Shown here piece by piece: positions 9,956 through 18,991 of a DNA stretch of 64,000 nt. The stretch spans positions 13,824 through 77,823 of the forward strand of contig JBDRMK010000017.1 in NCBI GenBank assembly GCA_043812155.1, in the 5' to 3' direction. Source of the stretch: Patescibacteria group bacterium. Its GTDB lineage: Bacteria; Patescibacteriota; Patescibacteriia; JAXHNJ01. Position numbers and translations under genes: made by a program. Position 1 is the first letter of the stretch, and each line of letters begins with the position of its first letter. A model generated the notes under the pieces. That model ran no database searches and was not told where the DNA came from. It was given only the letters and a program-made list of their open reading frames with translations.

Positions 9956-11275
9956 ATGAAAAAAACCAAGGTTCTTATCATGGGCGCGGCCGGACGCGAT
10001 TTCCATGATTTTAACACTTATTACCGGGATAACAAAAATTACGAGGTGGTCGCTTTTACCGCCACCCAGATTCCCAATATTGACGGCCGGCTATATCCGG
10101 CGGTTTTGGCAGGAAAACTCTACCCGGCCGGCATTCCTATCCATGCGGAAAACGAATTGACGGAACTAATAAAAAAGCATGACGTGGATGAAGTGTTGCT
10201 TTCTTATTCCGACCAGCCGCACAAGACCGTAATGAATAAGGCTTCCCAGGCCATGGCCGCGGGCGCCGATTTTCGGCTTCTGGGTCCGAAAAAAACCATG
10301 ATCAAGTCTAAGAAACCGATGATCGCCATCTGCGCCGTGCGCACCGGCTGCGGCAAATCCCAGACTTCCCGCAAAGTGGTGGAATATTACAAAAACAAAG
10401 GAGTTAAGGTAGTTGCCATCCGCCACCCTATGCCCTACGGCGACCTGGCCAAACAGGCGGTCCAGCGCTTTGCCACTTATGAAGATATGTATAAACACGA
10501 ATGCACGATTGAAGAACGGGAGGAATACGAGCCATACGTGGAAAAAGGCCTGGTTATCTACGCCGGCGTGGATTACGGCGCGATCTTAAAGGAAGCAGAA
10601 AAAGAAGCCGATGTCATCATCTGGGACGGCGGAAACAACGACACGCCTTTTTATAAACCCGACTTGCACATTACCGTGGCTGATCCGCACCGGGCCGGAA
10701 ATGAAGTCAGCTATTACCCCGGAGAAACAAATTTCCGCATGGCTGATGTCATTGTCATCAATAAAATAGACACGGCTGATCCCGCCAACGTGAAAATCAT
10801 TGAAGAAAATATCAAAAAATTCAATCCGAAAGCAACAGTCATTAAAGCCAATTCTTCTTTCACGGTTGATGACCCGAAAATCATTGAAGGCAAAAGGGTG
10901 TTGGTGGTGGAAGACGGCCCGACTCTGACGCATGGAGAAATGGCCTATGGCGCCGGTTACTTTGCCGCCAAAAAATTCAACGCCAAGGAATTGATTGATC
11001 CTCGGCCGTTTGCCGTCGGCTCCATTAAAAAGACTTTTGAAAAATTCAGCCATCTTTCGGAAATCCTGCCGGCCATGGGTTACAGCCCGGAACAGATGAA
11101 AGAACTGGAAGAAACCATTAACTCCAGTGACGCGGAAGGGGTAGTAGTGGGCACCCCGATTGACCTGGTTAAACTCCTGAAAATAAACAAACCGGCCACC
11201 CGAGTCAACTACTATCTGGATGAAATCGGCCAACCGGATATCAAAGAAATTTTGGATAAAGCCAATCTGATATAG
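9956..11275 (+). CDS. P-loop domain protein, possibly cyclic 2,3-diphosphoglycerate synthetase-like (tentative)
   Basis: About 440 aa from the ATG at 9956 (MKKTKVLIMGAAGRDF...). The listed ORF start at 9803 overlaps tRNA-Pro and is rejected. Internal P-loop-like CAVRTGCGKSQTS. The family assignment is from memory and not verified. Confidence 0.35.
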   Translation: MKKTKVLIMGAAGRDFHDFNTYYRDNKNYEVVAFTATQIPNIDGRLYPAVLAGKLYPAGIPIHAENELTELIKKHDVDEVLLSYSDQPHKTVMNKASQAMAAGADFRLLGPKKTMIKSKKPMIAICAVRTGCGKSQTSRKVVEYYKNKGVKVVAIRHPMPYGDLAKQAVQRFATYEDMYKHECTIEEREEYEPYVEKGLVIYAGVDYGAILKEAEKEADVIIWDGGNNDTPFYKPDLHITVADPHRAGNEVSYYPGETNFRMADVIVINKIDTADPANVKIIEENIKKFNPKATVIKANSSFTVDDPKIIEGKRVLVVEDGPTLTHGEMAYGAGYFAAKKFNAKELIDPRPFAVGSIKKTFEKFSHLSEILPAMGYSPEQMKELEETINSSDAEGVVVGTPIDLVKLLKINKPATRVNYYLDEIGQPDIKEILDKANLI

Positions 11276-11381
11276 TTGTTGAGTTGTTAAGAAGTTGGGA
11301 AGTTAAATAATTTTGTTAAATAAATTTCAAAAAACTGCCTGGAAAAATCCGGGCGGTTTTTGTTTACAAAAAAATCTCTGG

Positions 11382-11408
11382 CCACGCAGGTGACCAGAGA
11401 TAGACGAC
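11382..11408 (-). terminator. Rho-independent terminator for the 11423-11884 gene (a convergent weak terminator for the plus-strand gene is nearby)
   Basis: Minus-strand hairpin CTCTGGTCAC-ctgc-GTGGCCAGAG followed by ATTTTTTTGT. Confidence 0.5.
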
Positions 11409-11422
11409 AGATCGATACTGGG

Positions 11423-11884
11423 TTATCTGATATAGCTTCTCAGATCCTGAAAGACTTCATTCTTTCTCTCGTTGGCCAACGCCTTAGCCATCACTAAGGG
11501 CAGAAAGCCGAGCTTGGCGGCAATCAAGAGAACAATGGCCTCGTTCTCCTCAGGAGTGAAACCTTTCACCACTAGGATGAAGCCTCTAGCCCTCAAGCCG
11601 CCAGCCGTCTCCCTTTCGGTCAAAACCACTTCCTTTTCCAAGTTATTGAACAAGAGAATTCCTTCCGTGTTCCACAGGCTCTTGATATCGGTAAACTCCC
11701 GTCCGTTGACCGAGCCGATGGGAAGGAGAAGTATGGCCGCTTCTTCCCGAGTCGATCCCTTTTCTTCGTTCGACGCGATAAGAAGATAACCTCTTGAGGA
11801 AAAACGGTGATCCAGGTGACCGGCCAAAAGGCAGGCGGTCTTGAGAATTTCTTCCACTCTCTCGGCAATGATAAAGGACTCCAT
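11423..11884 (-). CDS. Hypothetical protein
   Basis: Start chosen at MESFIIAERVEEIL, which has the SD GGAGGG 7 nt upstream. No family recognised. Confidence 0.4.
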   Translation of the reverse strand: MESFIIAERVEEILKTACLLAGHLDHRFSSRGYLLIASNEEKGSTREEAAILLLPIGSVNGREFTDIKSLWNTEGILLFNNLEKEVVLTERETAGGLRARGFILVVKGFTPEENEAIVLLIAAKLGFLPLVMAKALANERKNEVFQDLRSYIR

Positions 11885-11992
11885 TCGCTTCCCTCCTTGA
11901 AAAAAGACCAAAAACACTACTATCTATTATTCGTAGCTGAATCTTTACACAAAAACATAAGACTGTCAAGCCTTTATCTAAATTTTTTGGCC

Positions 11993-12021
11993 TTGACATT
12001 TCTCTTTTCTGATGCTACATT
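11993..12021 (+). promoter_or_regulatory. Sigma70-like promoter (TTGACA-17 nt-TACATT)
   Basis: Read from the sequence upstream of the 12092 CDS. Confidence 0.35.
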
Positions 12022-12091
12022 ATTCTGACAAACTTTTTTGTTTGTTAATTGTTTTCCGGCTCTTTTCACCCTAACCTTTGAGGAGGTTTTA

Positions 12092-12769
12092 ATGATTCAA
12101 TCACCGCTGCCACCCGGCAAGGCTTTCGCCATCGTGAACGCGCAAGGCAAGCTGGCCGCTCCCGGCGAACGCAAACATGGCTATGTCTGTTTTGATAAAG
12201 GCGTCGCCCACTGCCTGCACTTGGCTACCGGCCAAGCTTTTCCTTTGTCTTCCTCTCAAGTGCGGAACATCTTCGCTCCGACCCGGCCCGCCGCGAGAAA
12301 AAAGACAGTCCCGCCAATCATCTTCTCTTCTCTTCCGGCAGCGACGGATAATCTCTGGTGCCCTCGTTGCCATGAGATTTGGCGCACTCTGCTGATCGAC
12401 ACAATGACGGACGAAGGAGTAAAAAAGGTCGGCCTCTGTACCCACTGCGAGGGTTTATTCCGGCCCTGGCAGCCGCCGGAACCCGCGGGAGAAACCTTCC
12501 GGATTTCCAGATTCGGGTCAAACGATGACCGCGAGATACCCTCTCCTCTCCTGAAGAAGCCGGCGCGAAAGAAAACCGCCAAGCCGAGAAAACCGAAAGT
12601 CATCGTTTTTTCCAAACTCGTCCGCGCGTTAAGCCATCAGCAAGAATGTTTCTACTGCAACCACGAAACCAATGACTGCCGGATGATGGATACGGATGAA
12701 GGCCGGAAAAGACTGGTCGTCTGCGAGGAATGCGGCGAGATCATGCGCCCCTTCGCCAAGAAGAACTGA
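12092..12769 (+). CDS. Hypothetical double zinc-ribbon protein in a GC-rich islet
   Basis: SD AGGAGG 5 nt before the ATG at 12092. Carries CPRC-x17-CTHC and CFYC-x20-CEEC motifs. Local GC and codon usage differ markedly from neighbouring genes. Confidence 0.55.
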   Translation: MIQSPLPPGKAFAIVNAQGKLAAPGERKHGYVCFDKGVAHCLHLATGQAFPLSSSQVRNIFAPTRPAARKKTVPPIIFSSLPAATDNLWCPRCHEIWRTLLIDTMTDEGVKKVGLCTHCEGLFRPWQPPEPAGETFRISRFGSNDDREIPSPLLKKPARKKTAKPRKPKVIVFSKLVRALSHQQECFYCNHETNDCRMMDTDEGRKRLVVCEECGEIMRPFAKKN

Positions 12770-12793
12770 TCCTTCCCCAATATGTACTTTCAC

Positions 12794-12823
12794 CCGCTCC
12801 CCTAAAAAAGGAGCGGTTTTTTA
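12794..12823 (+). terminator. Rho-independent terminator
   Basis: CCGCTCC-cctaaaaaa-GGAGCGG followed by TTTTTT. Confidence 0.7.
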
Positions 12824-12904
12824 TTGACAAACCGTAATATTGATAATAAACTATCCTCATCCAATATAAGGCTTTGATAACTTTACTCCGGCCGGAGGTG
12901 ATCC

Positions 12905-13150
12905 GTGAAAGGAAAAATCATTGTTATCAGCCAGGCTAAATTCAAGGCTTTAGGCTGTCCTCACTGCGGCGCCAAGCAAGGCTGCTTCTATCCTGACAAA
13001 GTCCACGATAACGTGGTAAAGAAGTGCTGTTGCGGCGTCTGCCTCAAGGAATTCTTCGTCTGCCTCAACGAAGCGCTTTCAAAAGTCATTCTCCCCGGCC
13101 GCAAAAGGCCGGTGTCCATCCAGCCCCATCCGCTGGCCAGACAAGCCTGA
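12905..13150 (+). CDS. Small Cys-rich hypothetical protein (GTG start)
   Basis: SD GGAGGTG 4 nt before the GTG. 81 aa with CPHC, CCCGVC and C-x-N motifs. Followed by a terminator at about 13176-13208 (CCGCCTTC-atcgc-GAAGGCGG-TTTTTATTT). Confidence 0.45.
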   Translation: MKGKIIVISQAKFKALGCPHCGAKQGCFYPDKVHDNVVKKCCCGVCLKEFFVCLNEALSKVILPGRKRPVSIQPHPLARQA

Positions 13151-13277
13151 AATGTTCTTTATCGCTTTCATTCAACGGCCGCCTTCATCGCGAAGGCGGT
13201 TTTTATTTGACTACATTCTAAAAGAATATTATAATTACATTGAAATCAATAGAATTAATTATTAAAAAGGACAAACA

Positions 13278-13313
13278 TATGATTAAACCTCCCTGCGGCG
13301 GATGCGGCTGCTA
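13278..13313 (+). other. Tiny Cys-rich ORF MIKPPCGGCGC (11 aa) with its own SD, upstream of the ABC exporter
   Basis: AAGGA, 7-nt spacer, ATG at 13278, TAA at 13311. Speculative small peptide gene. Confidence 0.2.
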
Positions 13314-13374
13314 AAGCCACCGCTGATAATGACAAAGGTCATCTGAAATTTATCAGGTGACTTTTGTTTTTGCT

Positions 13375-13403
13375 TTGACTTTCCGCTGAATTTTGCCTAT
13401 AAT
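13375..13403 (+). promoter_or_regulatory. Near-consensus sigma70 promoter TTGACT-17 nt-TATAAT for the ABC transporter operon
   Basis: TTGACT at 13375-13380, TATAAT at 13398-13403, 12 nt upstream of the 13416 start. Confidence 0.5.
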
Positions 13404-13415
13404 ATAATATATTCT

Positions 13416-14087
13416 ATGACTAATCCCATTATTAAAGTCGTCAATCTCTTCAAAACCTACAAATTAGGGGAAGTATATGTTCAGGCTTTAAACGGCGTCT
13501 CCTTGGAAATAAACAAAGGGGATTTTTTGATAATCACCGGCCGCAACGGCTCAGGAAAATCCACTCTTATGCGGCAGCTGGCTTTGGTTGACCGGCCGAA
13601 TTCTGGCGAAATTTTGATTAAAGGCCGGGAAGTCGCAAAAATGTCTTCCCGAGAAAGACGGGAAATGCGGCTGACCCGCCTGGGCTATATTTTCCAGGAA
13701 TACGCCCTGATCGCCGAATTATCCGCTTTGGAAAATGTGATGATTCCGGCCATGATGCTTAAAAGCGCCAAGGCGTGCCGCGGCCGGGCCAAGGAACTCC
13801 TTTCAAAAGTCGGCCTGGAAGACAAAATAAACAATCTCCCCTCCCAGCTTTCCGGCGGGGAACAGCAAAAAGTCGCCATTGCCCGCTCTCTGATCAACGA
13901 CCCGGAAGTGATTTTTGCCGATGAGCCGACCGCCAATCTTGACTCTTCGGCCGCCCAGGACGTGCTGGCGATCTTCAAGCAGCTGAACGAAAAAGACAAG
14001 CACACGATCATTATGATCACCCATGAAAAAGAAGAAGAAATTTTTGCCAACCGGATAATTAGACTTTCTGACGGAAAAATAATATGA
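13416..14087 (+). CDS. ABC transporter ATP-binding protein (LolD/MacB/FtsE-like)
   Basis: Walker A GRNGSGKST, ABC signature LSGGEQQ and Walker B IFADEPT. Confidence 0.9.
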   Translation: MTNPIIKVVNLFKTYKLGEVYVQALNGVSLEINKGDFLIITGRNGSGKSTLMRQLALVDRPNSGEILIKGREVAKMSSRERREMRLTRLGYIFQEYALIAELSALENVMIPAMMLKSAKACRGRAKELLSKVGLEDKINNLPSQLSGGEQQKVAIARSLINDPEVIFADEPTANLDSSAAQDVLAIFKQLNEKDKHTIIMITHEKEEEIFANRIIRLSDGKII

Positions 14088-15289
14088 CCAAATACGAAGC
14101 CCGAATCCCCTTTTTCCTGATGTGGAAATATTTAAAAAGAGGCAATAAATGGACCTTGTTTCTGATCATCTTTTTAATGGCTATCGCCTTTATCAATCTT
14201 GTTTTTATCACTTCACTATTTAACGGCATTATAAGATCATCCGAAGACCAGATAATTAATACCTACACCGGCCACATCATGATCACTCCGAAAGCCGGCC
14301 AAGATTTCATCAATAACGCCTCGGCCATAACAGAAAAAATATTGAAGACAGAAAATGTTACCGGCGTCAGCAGCCAGACTTATGTTTCCGGAAGCTTAGA
14401 ATACAATAAAATAAAAGGCAGCTGGCCGATTTTAGCGATTGATCCAACGCAAGAAAAAACCGTGACCAATGTGGCCGAGAAAATGACCAGCGGAGAATAC
14501 TTGGACGCCAATGACACGGACAAGATAATCATCGGCCGGCAAATCGCCGGCGGCCAAGATGTAGAAATGGATGCCTTTTCTTTTAAAGACGCAAAAGTCG
14601 GGGATAAAGTAAAACTTAATCTTGGCCAAGAAACCCGCGAATTAACCGTTAAGGGCATTTTTTACACCAAATTCATTGACACTGACCAAAGAGCTTTTAT
14701 CACGGAAAAAGCCTGGCAGGAAATTAATCCGGCGGCCGGTGACACAGCCACTTCCATTATCGTCCGTCTGGCTAAAAGGGACGGCGAACAGGCGATTGCC
14801 AGAATGAAAGCCGCCGGCATTAACGAAACTTTTGTCACCTGGGAGGATGTTTCCGGCTTGATGGACACGGTCACCTCAAGTTTCTTAAGCATTAACGTCC
14901 TGCTGACTTTTGTCGGCACTTTGATCGCGGCGACCACCATTTTTATCGTCATTTATATTGATATCAACAATAAAAAACGGCAGATCGGCATTTTGCGGGC
15001 CATCGGCATCAAGCCCTATTTGATCCGGACCGCTTACGTCATCCAAACCTCCATTTACTCGGTTTCCGGGGTGCTGCTGGGATCAGCCATATTTTTTGGG
15101 ATTCTAGTCCCCTATTTCAATCATTTCCCTTTTGTCCTGCCCATCGGCGACGCGACATTAGTCGTCAATCCGGCCGATTTTATCATCCGCCTGGAAACCA
15201 TATTGTGGGTGGCGATCGCCGCCTGCCTTATCCCGGCTTTCATGGTCACACGGATAAAAATCCTGGACGCCATCTGGGGCCGGAATTAA
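14084..15289 (+). CDS. ABC transporter permease, FtsX/MacB-like
   Basis: 401 aa with an N-terminal TM, a large periplasmic domain and three C-terminal TMs. Overlaps the ATPase stop by 4 nt (ATGA). Confidence 0.8.
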   Translation: MTKYEARIPFFLMWKYLKRGNKWTLFLIIFLMAIAFINLVFITSLFNGIIRSSEDQIINTYTGHIMITPKAGQDFINNASAITEKILKTENVTGVSSQTYVSGSLEYNKIKGSWPILAIDPTQEKTVTNVAEKMTSGEYLDANDTDKIIIGRQIAGGQDVEMDAFSFKDAKVGDKVKLNLGQETRELTVKGIFYTKFIDTDQRAFITEKAWQEINPAAGDTATSIIVRLAKRDGEQAIARMKAAGINETFVTWEDVSGLMDTVTSSFLSINVLLTFVGTLIAATTIFIVIYIDINNKKRQIGILRAIGIKPYLIRTAYVIQTSIYSVSGVLLGSAIFFGILVPYFNHFPFVLPIGDATLVVNPADFIIRLETILWVAIAACLIPAFMVTRIKILDAIWGRN

Positions 15290-15316
15290 TAAAAAAATTC
15301 TTATCTCTTTAAGAAA

Positions 15317-15910
15317 ATGGTAAAAGCGATAATTTTTGATCTAAACGGGGTCTTTATTAAAAGCCCTGTTTTAAGCGAGAGATTTGCCAAAGATTTTCGC
15401 ATTAAAAACCTCGTATTTTTGCCGGCTTTAAAAAAAATATTGAATAAAGTCAGACTACCGAAAGCCGGGCCGGCTTATGAATACTGGCGGCCTTATTTTA
15501 AAAAATGGAAAGTTGATTTAACCCGGGATGAATTTTATAAATACTGGTTTGGGGCGGAAAAACCTGTTTCGGAAATGATCAGCCTGGCGGAAAAACTTAA
15601 ACAAAAAGGATTAAAAATATATATCCTTTCCAATAATTTTCGGGAAAGATCAAATTATTATGGGGAGAATTTCCCTTTTTTAAAAATTTTCAATAAAGTT
15701 TATTATTCCTGGCAGACCGGTTTTCGCAAGCCGGAAAAAGAAGCCTATCTAGACCTTTTGCGAAAAAATAATTTAAAACCGGAAGAATGCCTTTTCTTTG
15801 ATAATTCTCCTAAAAATGTCAAAACGTCAAAATCGCTCGGCATCATAAGCTACATTTTTAAAAACAAAAAACAGGTAGAAAATATTTCAGGCCTTCATGT
15901 AAAAAAATAA
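15317..15910 (+). CDS. HAD-superfamily hydrolase
   Basis: N-terminal motif IIFDLNGVFI (DxD-type nucleophile). Confidence 0.6.
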   Translation: MVKAIIFDLNGVFIKSPVLSERFAKDFRIKNLVFLPALKKILNKVRLPKAGPAYEYWRPYFKKWKVDLTRDEFYKYWFGAEKPVSEMISLAEKLKQKGLKIYILSNNFRERSNYYGENFPFLKIFNKVYYSWQTGFRKPEKEAYLDLLRKNNLKPEECLFFDNSPKNVKTSKSLGIISYIFKNKKQVENISGLHVKK

Positions 15911-15927
15911 AGGGGGGAAATAATCTC

Positions 15928-16326
15928 CTAAGTCTCACGACGCCCTGGCAATATTTTCAGTTTCTCGTTTATCTTTGCGAGCAAATCAGGGATTTTATTA
16001 TTTATTTTGGAAATAATTTCATATTTTCCGCCCACCAACTCTTCGATCCCCGGATACTCGGGAAAATTCGTCAAAATTAATATCGGAACATTACGCCCCC
16101 ATTCGTCATTTTCAAGGATTTTAATCACTTCGTAGCCGTGCATTCCCGGCATAATCATGTCCATCATAATTAGATCGGGATGTTCGACTAAAGAGATCTC
16201 TAGGGCTTCATGACCTGTTTTGGCTTGCAGTACCTGAAAATTTTCCCTTGTCAGAAACTTATAAAATAAGTTTCTGATCAACTCTTCGTCATCAACAATA
16301 AGTATTTTTTTCTTTTTTTCGATCAT
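15928..16326 (-). CDS. Single-domain response regulator (CheY-like receiver)
   Basis: ILIVDDEE with a conserved Asp in LIMMDMIMPGMHG, and K in the C-terminal part. Confidence 0.8.
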   Translation of the reverse strand: MIEKKKKILIVDDEELIRNLFYKFLTRENFQVLQAKTGHEALEISLVEHPDLIMMDMIMPGMHGYEVIKILENDEWGRNVPILILTNFPEYPGIEELVGGKYEIISKINNKIPDLLAKINEKLKILPGRRET

Positions 16327-16463
16327 TTTTTAAAAAGATATGTAACTATATTAGCATAAATCAGGATATTCGGCAAATTTCTGGTTTTACTGAATAATTT
16401 TTATATAAAGATTTATAAATTTAATTATTGTCTTGATGCGGCAAGAAGAGTAATATTATCCAT

Positions 16464-17579
16464 ATGCAAGGAATCCACGGCATTTATAAACAACAAGGGC
16501 CGACTTCCCACGACATTATCAAAGAATTAAGGAAAATCACGGGAATTAAAACGATCGGCCACGCCGGCACTTTGGATCCGCAAGCCTCCGGTGTCTTGGT
16601 CGTCGGCATCGGCCATTGGGCGACGGCCAAACTTGTGCAAGAAGTAAAAAAAGAAAAGGAATATCTGGCGAAAATCAAGCTTGGAGAAACAAGCACGACT
16701 GATGACCGCGCCGGAATGATAAAAAAAGCGGAAAATATCGAAATTCCCTCACTAACAGAGATTAGGAAAGCGTTAATAAATTTTAAAGGAAATATAAAGC
16801 AAATCCCTCCTGATTTTTGCGCTTTAAATATAAAAGGACGCAAAGCATATAAAATCGCGAGGCAGGGCCATAAGCCAGAATTAAAATTCCGCGTAGTTAA
16901 CATTAAATCAATAAGAATAATCTATTACGCCTGGCCGTATCTTGAAATAAAAGTAATCACCGGACCGGGCGTCTATATCCGCTCTCTCGCCCGAGATTTA
17001 GGCCGTAAATTAAAAACCGGCGGATATCTTTTTTCTTTGGAAAGAACACGAGTCGGAGATTTCACTAAAGAAAAATCATTGACTCTGAAAGAATTTAATG
17101 AAAAACGTAAAAAAAATATTAAAGTCATGTCCCTATGCTTTGTCAGGCAGGACAAAAAGATATTGCTGGGCTTGAAAAAACGAGGCTTTGGGATTAATCG
17201 GTGGAACGGCTTTGGCGGAAAAGTAAACAAGGGCGAAAAAATAGAAGAATCCGCGGCCAGAGAAACAAACGAAGAAGCCGGTATTATACCGACTAAGATA
17301 CAAAAAAAAGGGACGCTGATTTTTGAATTTCAGGACAGCCCGTCAATTATTGAAGTCCATGTATTTGAAATTCTAAAATATAACGGCAAAATCAAAGAAA
17401 GTGAAGAAATGAAACCTCTATGGTTTGATCTTTCTAAAATACCTTATGAAAATATGTGGCCGGATGACAGGTTTTGGCTGCCTTTATTCTTGAAAGGCAG
17501 AAAATTCAAAGGGGAATTCTATTTCAAAGATATCGATACTTTGCTTTACCACAGTTTAAGAGAAGTAAAATACATTTGA
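16464..17579 (+). CDS. truB: tRNA pseudouridine-55 synthase TruB fused to a C-terminal NUDIX (MutT/MTH1-like) hydrolase
   Basis: The N-terminal part has GHAGTLDPQASGVLVVG (TruB catalytic Asp motif). The C-terminal part (about aa 225-371) has the Nudix box GGKVNKGEKIEESAARETNEEAGI and the tail WPDDRFWLPLFLKGRKFKGEFYF, recalled as resembling human MTH1. Confidence 0.7.
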   Translation: MQGIHGIYKQQGPTSHDIIKELRKITGIKTIGHAGTLDPQASGVLVVGIGHWATAKLVQEVKKEKEYLAKIKLGETSTTDDRAGMIKKAENIEIPSLTEIRKALINFKGNIKQIPPDFCALNIKGRKAYKIARQGHKPELKFRVVNIKSIRIIYYAWPYLEIKVITGPGVYIRSLARDLGRKLKTGGYLFSLERTRVGDFTKEKSLTLKEFNEKRKKNIKVMSLCFVRQDKKILLGLKKRGFGINRWNGFGGKVNKGEKIEESAARETNEEAGIIPTKIQKKGTLIFEFQDSPSIIEVHVFEILKYNGKIKESEEMKPLWFDLSKIPYENMWPDDRFWLPLFLKGRKFKGEFYFKDIDTLLYHSLREVKYI

Positions 17580-17580
17580 T

Positions 17581-17913
17581 ATGCGAATTTGGGACTTGCC
17601 GTTAAAATGTCTCTGCCGCCAGCATTTACTCGCCGAACATCGCGAACTCCACGCCATCTGGAGTATTTTAACCGGGAATAAAAAAGGTTACGCGCACCAT
17701 CCGGAAACCTTGCGCTGGAAAGGCAAGCTAAAGGCTTTATACAAAAGACATGAGTCTGAAGTGGCTGAATTTAAAAGAAGGAATTACCAACATCGTACGT
17801 CTTTAAACAAAAAAATGGCGAAAGGCCGGGGTAAACAAACCGTCTTCTTGGCCAGTAAAAAAGAACAAACCATTATATTAAAAAATAAGAATTGTCCCTG
17901 CCTGAATAAATAA
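17581..17913 (+). CDS. Pyrimidine-dimer DNA glycosylase (T4 endonuclease V / DenV-like)
   Basis: MRIWDLPLKCLCRQHLLAEHRELHAIW is recalled as matching T4 DenV [27 protein letters not shown]. Followed by the terminator AACCCCGTTT-atcaata-AAACGGGGTT at about 17918-17950. Confidence 0.5.
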   Translation: MRIWDLPLKCLCRQHLLAEHRELHAIWSILTGNKKGYAHHPETLRWKGKLKALYKRHESEVAEFKRRNYQHRTSLNKKMAKGRGKQTVFLASKKEQTIILKNKNCPCLNK

Positions 17914-18007
17914 TAAAACCCCGTTTATCAATAAAACGGGGTTTTCCGCAAAAAGCGCGAAATAAAGAGCTAAATCGGTTATTTGTTTGACCTTTTTAAC
18001 ACCTGGC

Positions 18008-18178
18008 CTAAACCGGCAGATCAGCCAAACGGCTTTTTTTGATTTCAACCGGCAAGCCGAACGCCGCCGGGTGACAGTAGGGACAGTCTATAACCGCTTT
18101 TTTACCCTCCACCGAGTCGGTCACTAGTCTCATCCTCATAGGACAGCCGCAAACCGGGCATTTCTCCTGATCCGACAT
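18008..18178 (-). CDS. Small zinc-ribbon protein (56 aa, below the ORF-track cutoff)
   Basis: SD AGGAGA. Reads MSDQEKCPVCGCPMRMRLVTDSVEGKKAVIDCPYCHPAAFGLPVEIKKSRLADLPV, with CxxC...CxxC. Confidence 0.4.
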   Translation of the reverse strand: MSDQEKCPVCGCPMRMRLVTDSVEGKKAVIDCPYCHPAAFGLPVEIKKSRLADLPV

Positions 18179-18395
18179 TTTCTTTCTCCTTTAATAAAGG
18201 TTTTAAAGGGCGTAACTAATTTAAAAAACCGGCCCTGATATTAGGGCTCGGAATAATTTTGATATTTTTTACATCAAAACTATGCCGAACCGGGCCGGAT
18301 AATAATAATATTTACTGTAATTGTTTTTTGGCGCTGTTTATTCATTATTTTGTTCATAGCCTGATGATATCATAATCCCCTAAAATTTGTCAAAA

Positions 18396-18989
18396 TTATT
18401 CGAACATCACCTGTTCATCAGAACGTTTGTAATCATTTATCTCCGGCTTTCTGAACCAGAGCTCTTCCTCGTATTTCGCTTCCTCCGCGTTGCCGGAAGC
18501 ATGGACAAGATTTTTCACGGCACGTTTGCGAGAATTAGCCAAAGCCGGCGAATCAACGGAAAAATCGCCGCGGATAGTGCCGGGGCTGGCAAAAGTCGGC
18601 AGGGTATTGCCGGCCATCATCCGGACATTATCAATGGCGTGCAAACCAGTAAGCAATATCGCCACCACCGGTCCGGAAGTCAAAAAATCCATATTCCAAT
18701 TATTGACCATTTTGCCGATCTCTAAAGGATCCATGGTGCCCAAACTTTCATTCGGATCCATGCCGTATTTCTTGTAGGTCTCCAAGGTCTTTTCCCCCAT
18801 TCCTTTCAATAACGCGGTACGAGAATTGGGGTAATGTTTGCCCGCTAAGTCTCGGTCCACCCAGACCATTTTAAGAGCGATAATTTTTAAGCCCGCTTTT
18901 TCAAAACGCGAGATGATCTCGCCGATCAAGCCCCGCATGACCCCGTCAGGCTTGATCAAAACCACGGTTTTTTCCACTAATTCTTTCAT
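18396..18989 (-). CDS. ndk: Nucleoside diphosphate kinase (with insertions)
   Basis: TVVLIKPDGV...RGLIGEII...; conserved His in NLVHASGN. Confidence 0.75.
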   Translation of the reverse strand: MKELVEKTVVLIKPDGVMRGLIGEIISRFEKAGLKIIALKMVWVDRDLAGKHYPNSRTALLKGMGEKTLETYKKYGMDPNESLGTMDPLEIGKMVNNWNMDFLTSGPVVAILLTGLHAIDNVRMMAGNTLPTFASPGTIRGDFSVDSPALANSRKRAVKNLVHASGNAEEAKYEEELWFRKPEINDYKRSDEQVMFE

Positions 18990-18991
18990 AT

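Noticed and set aside
10586-11233. 215-aa minus-strand ORF inside the P-loop protein gene
   Set aside because: Antisense shadow ORF with no start context. The plus-strand ORF is much longer and coherent.
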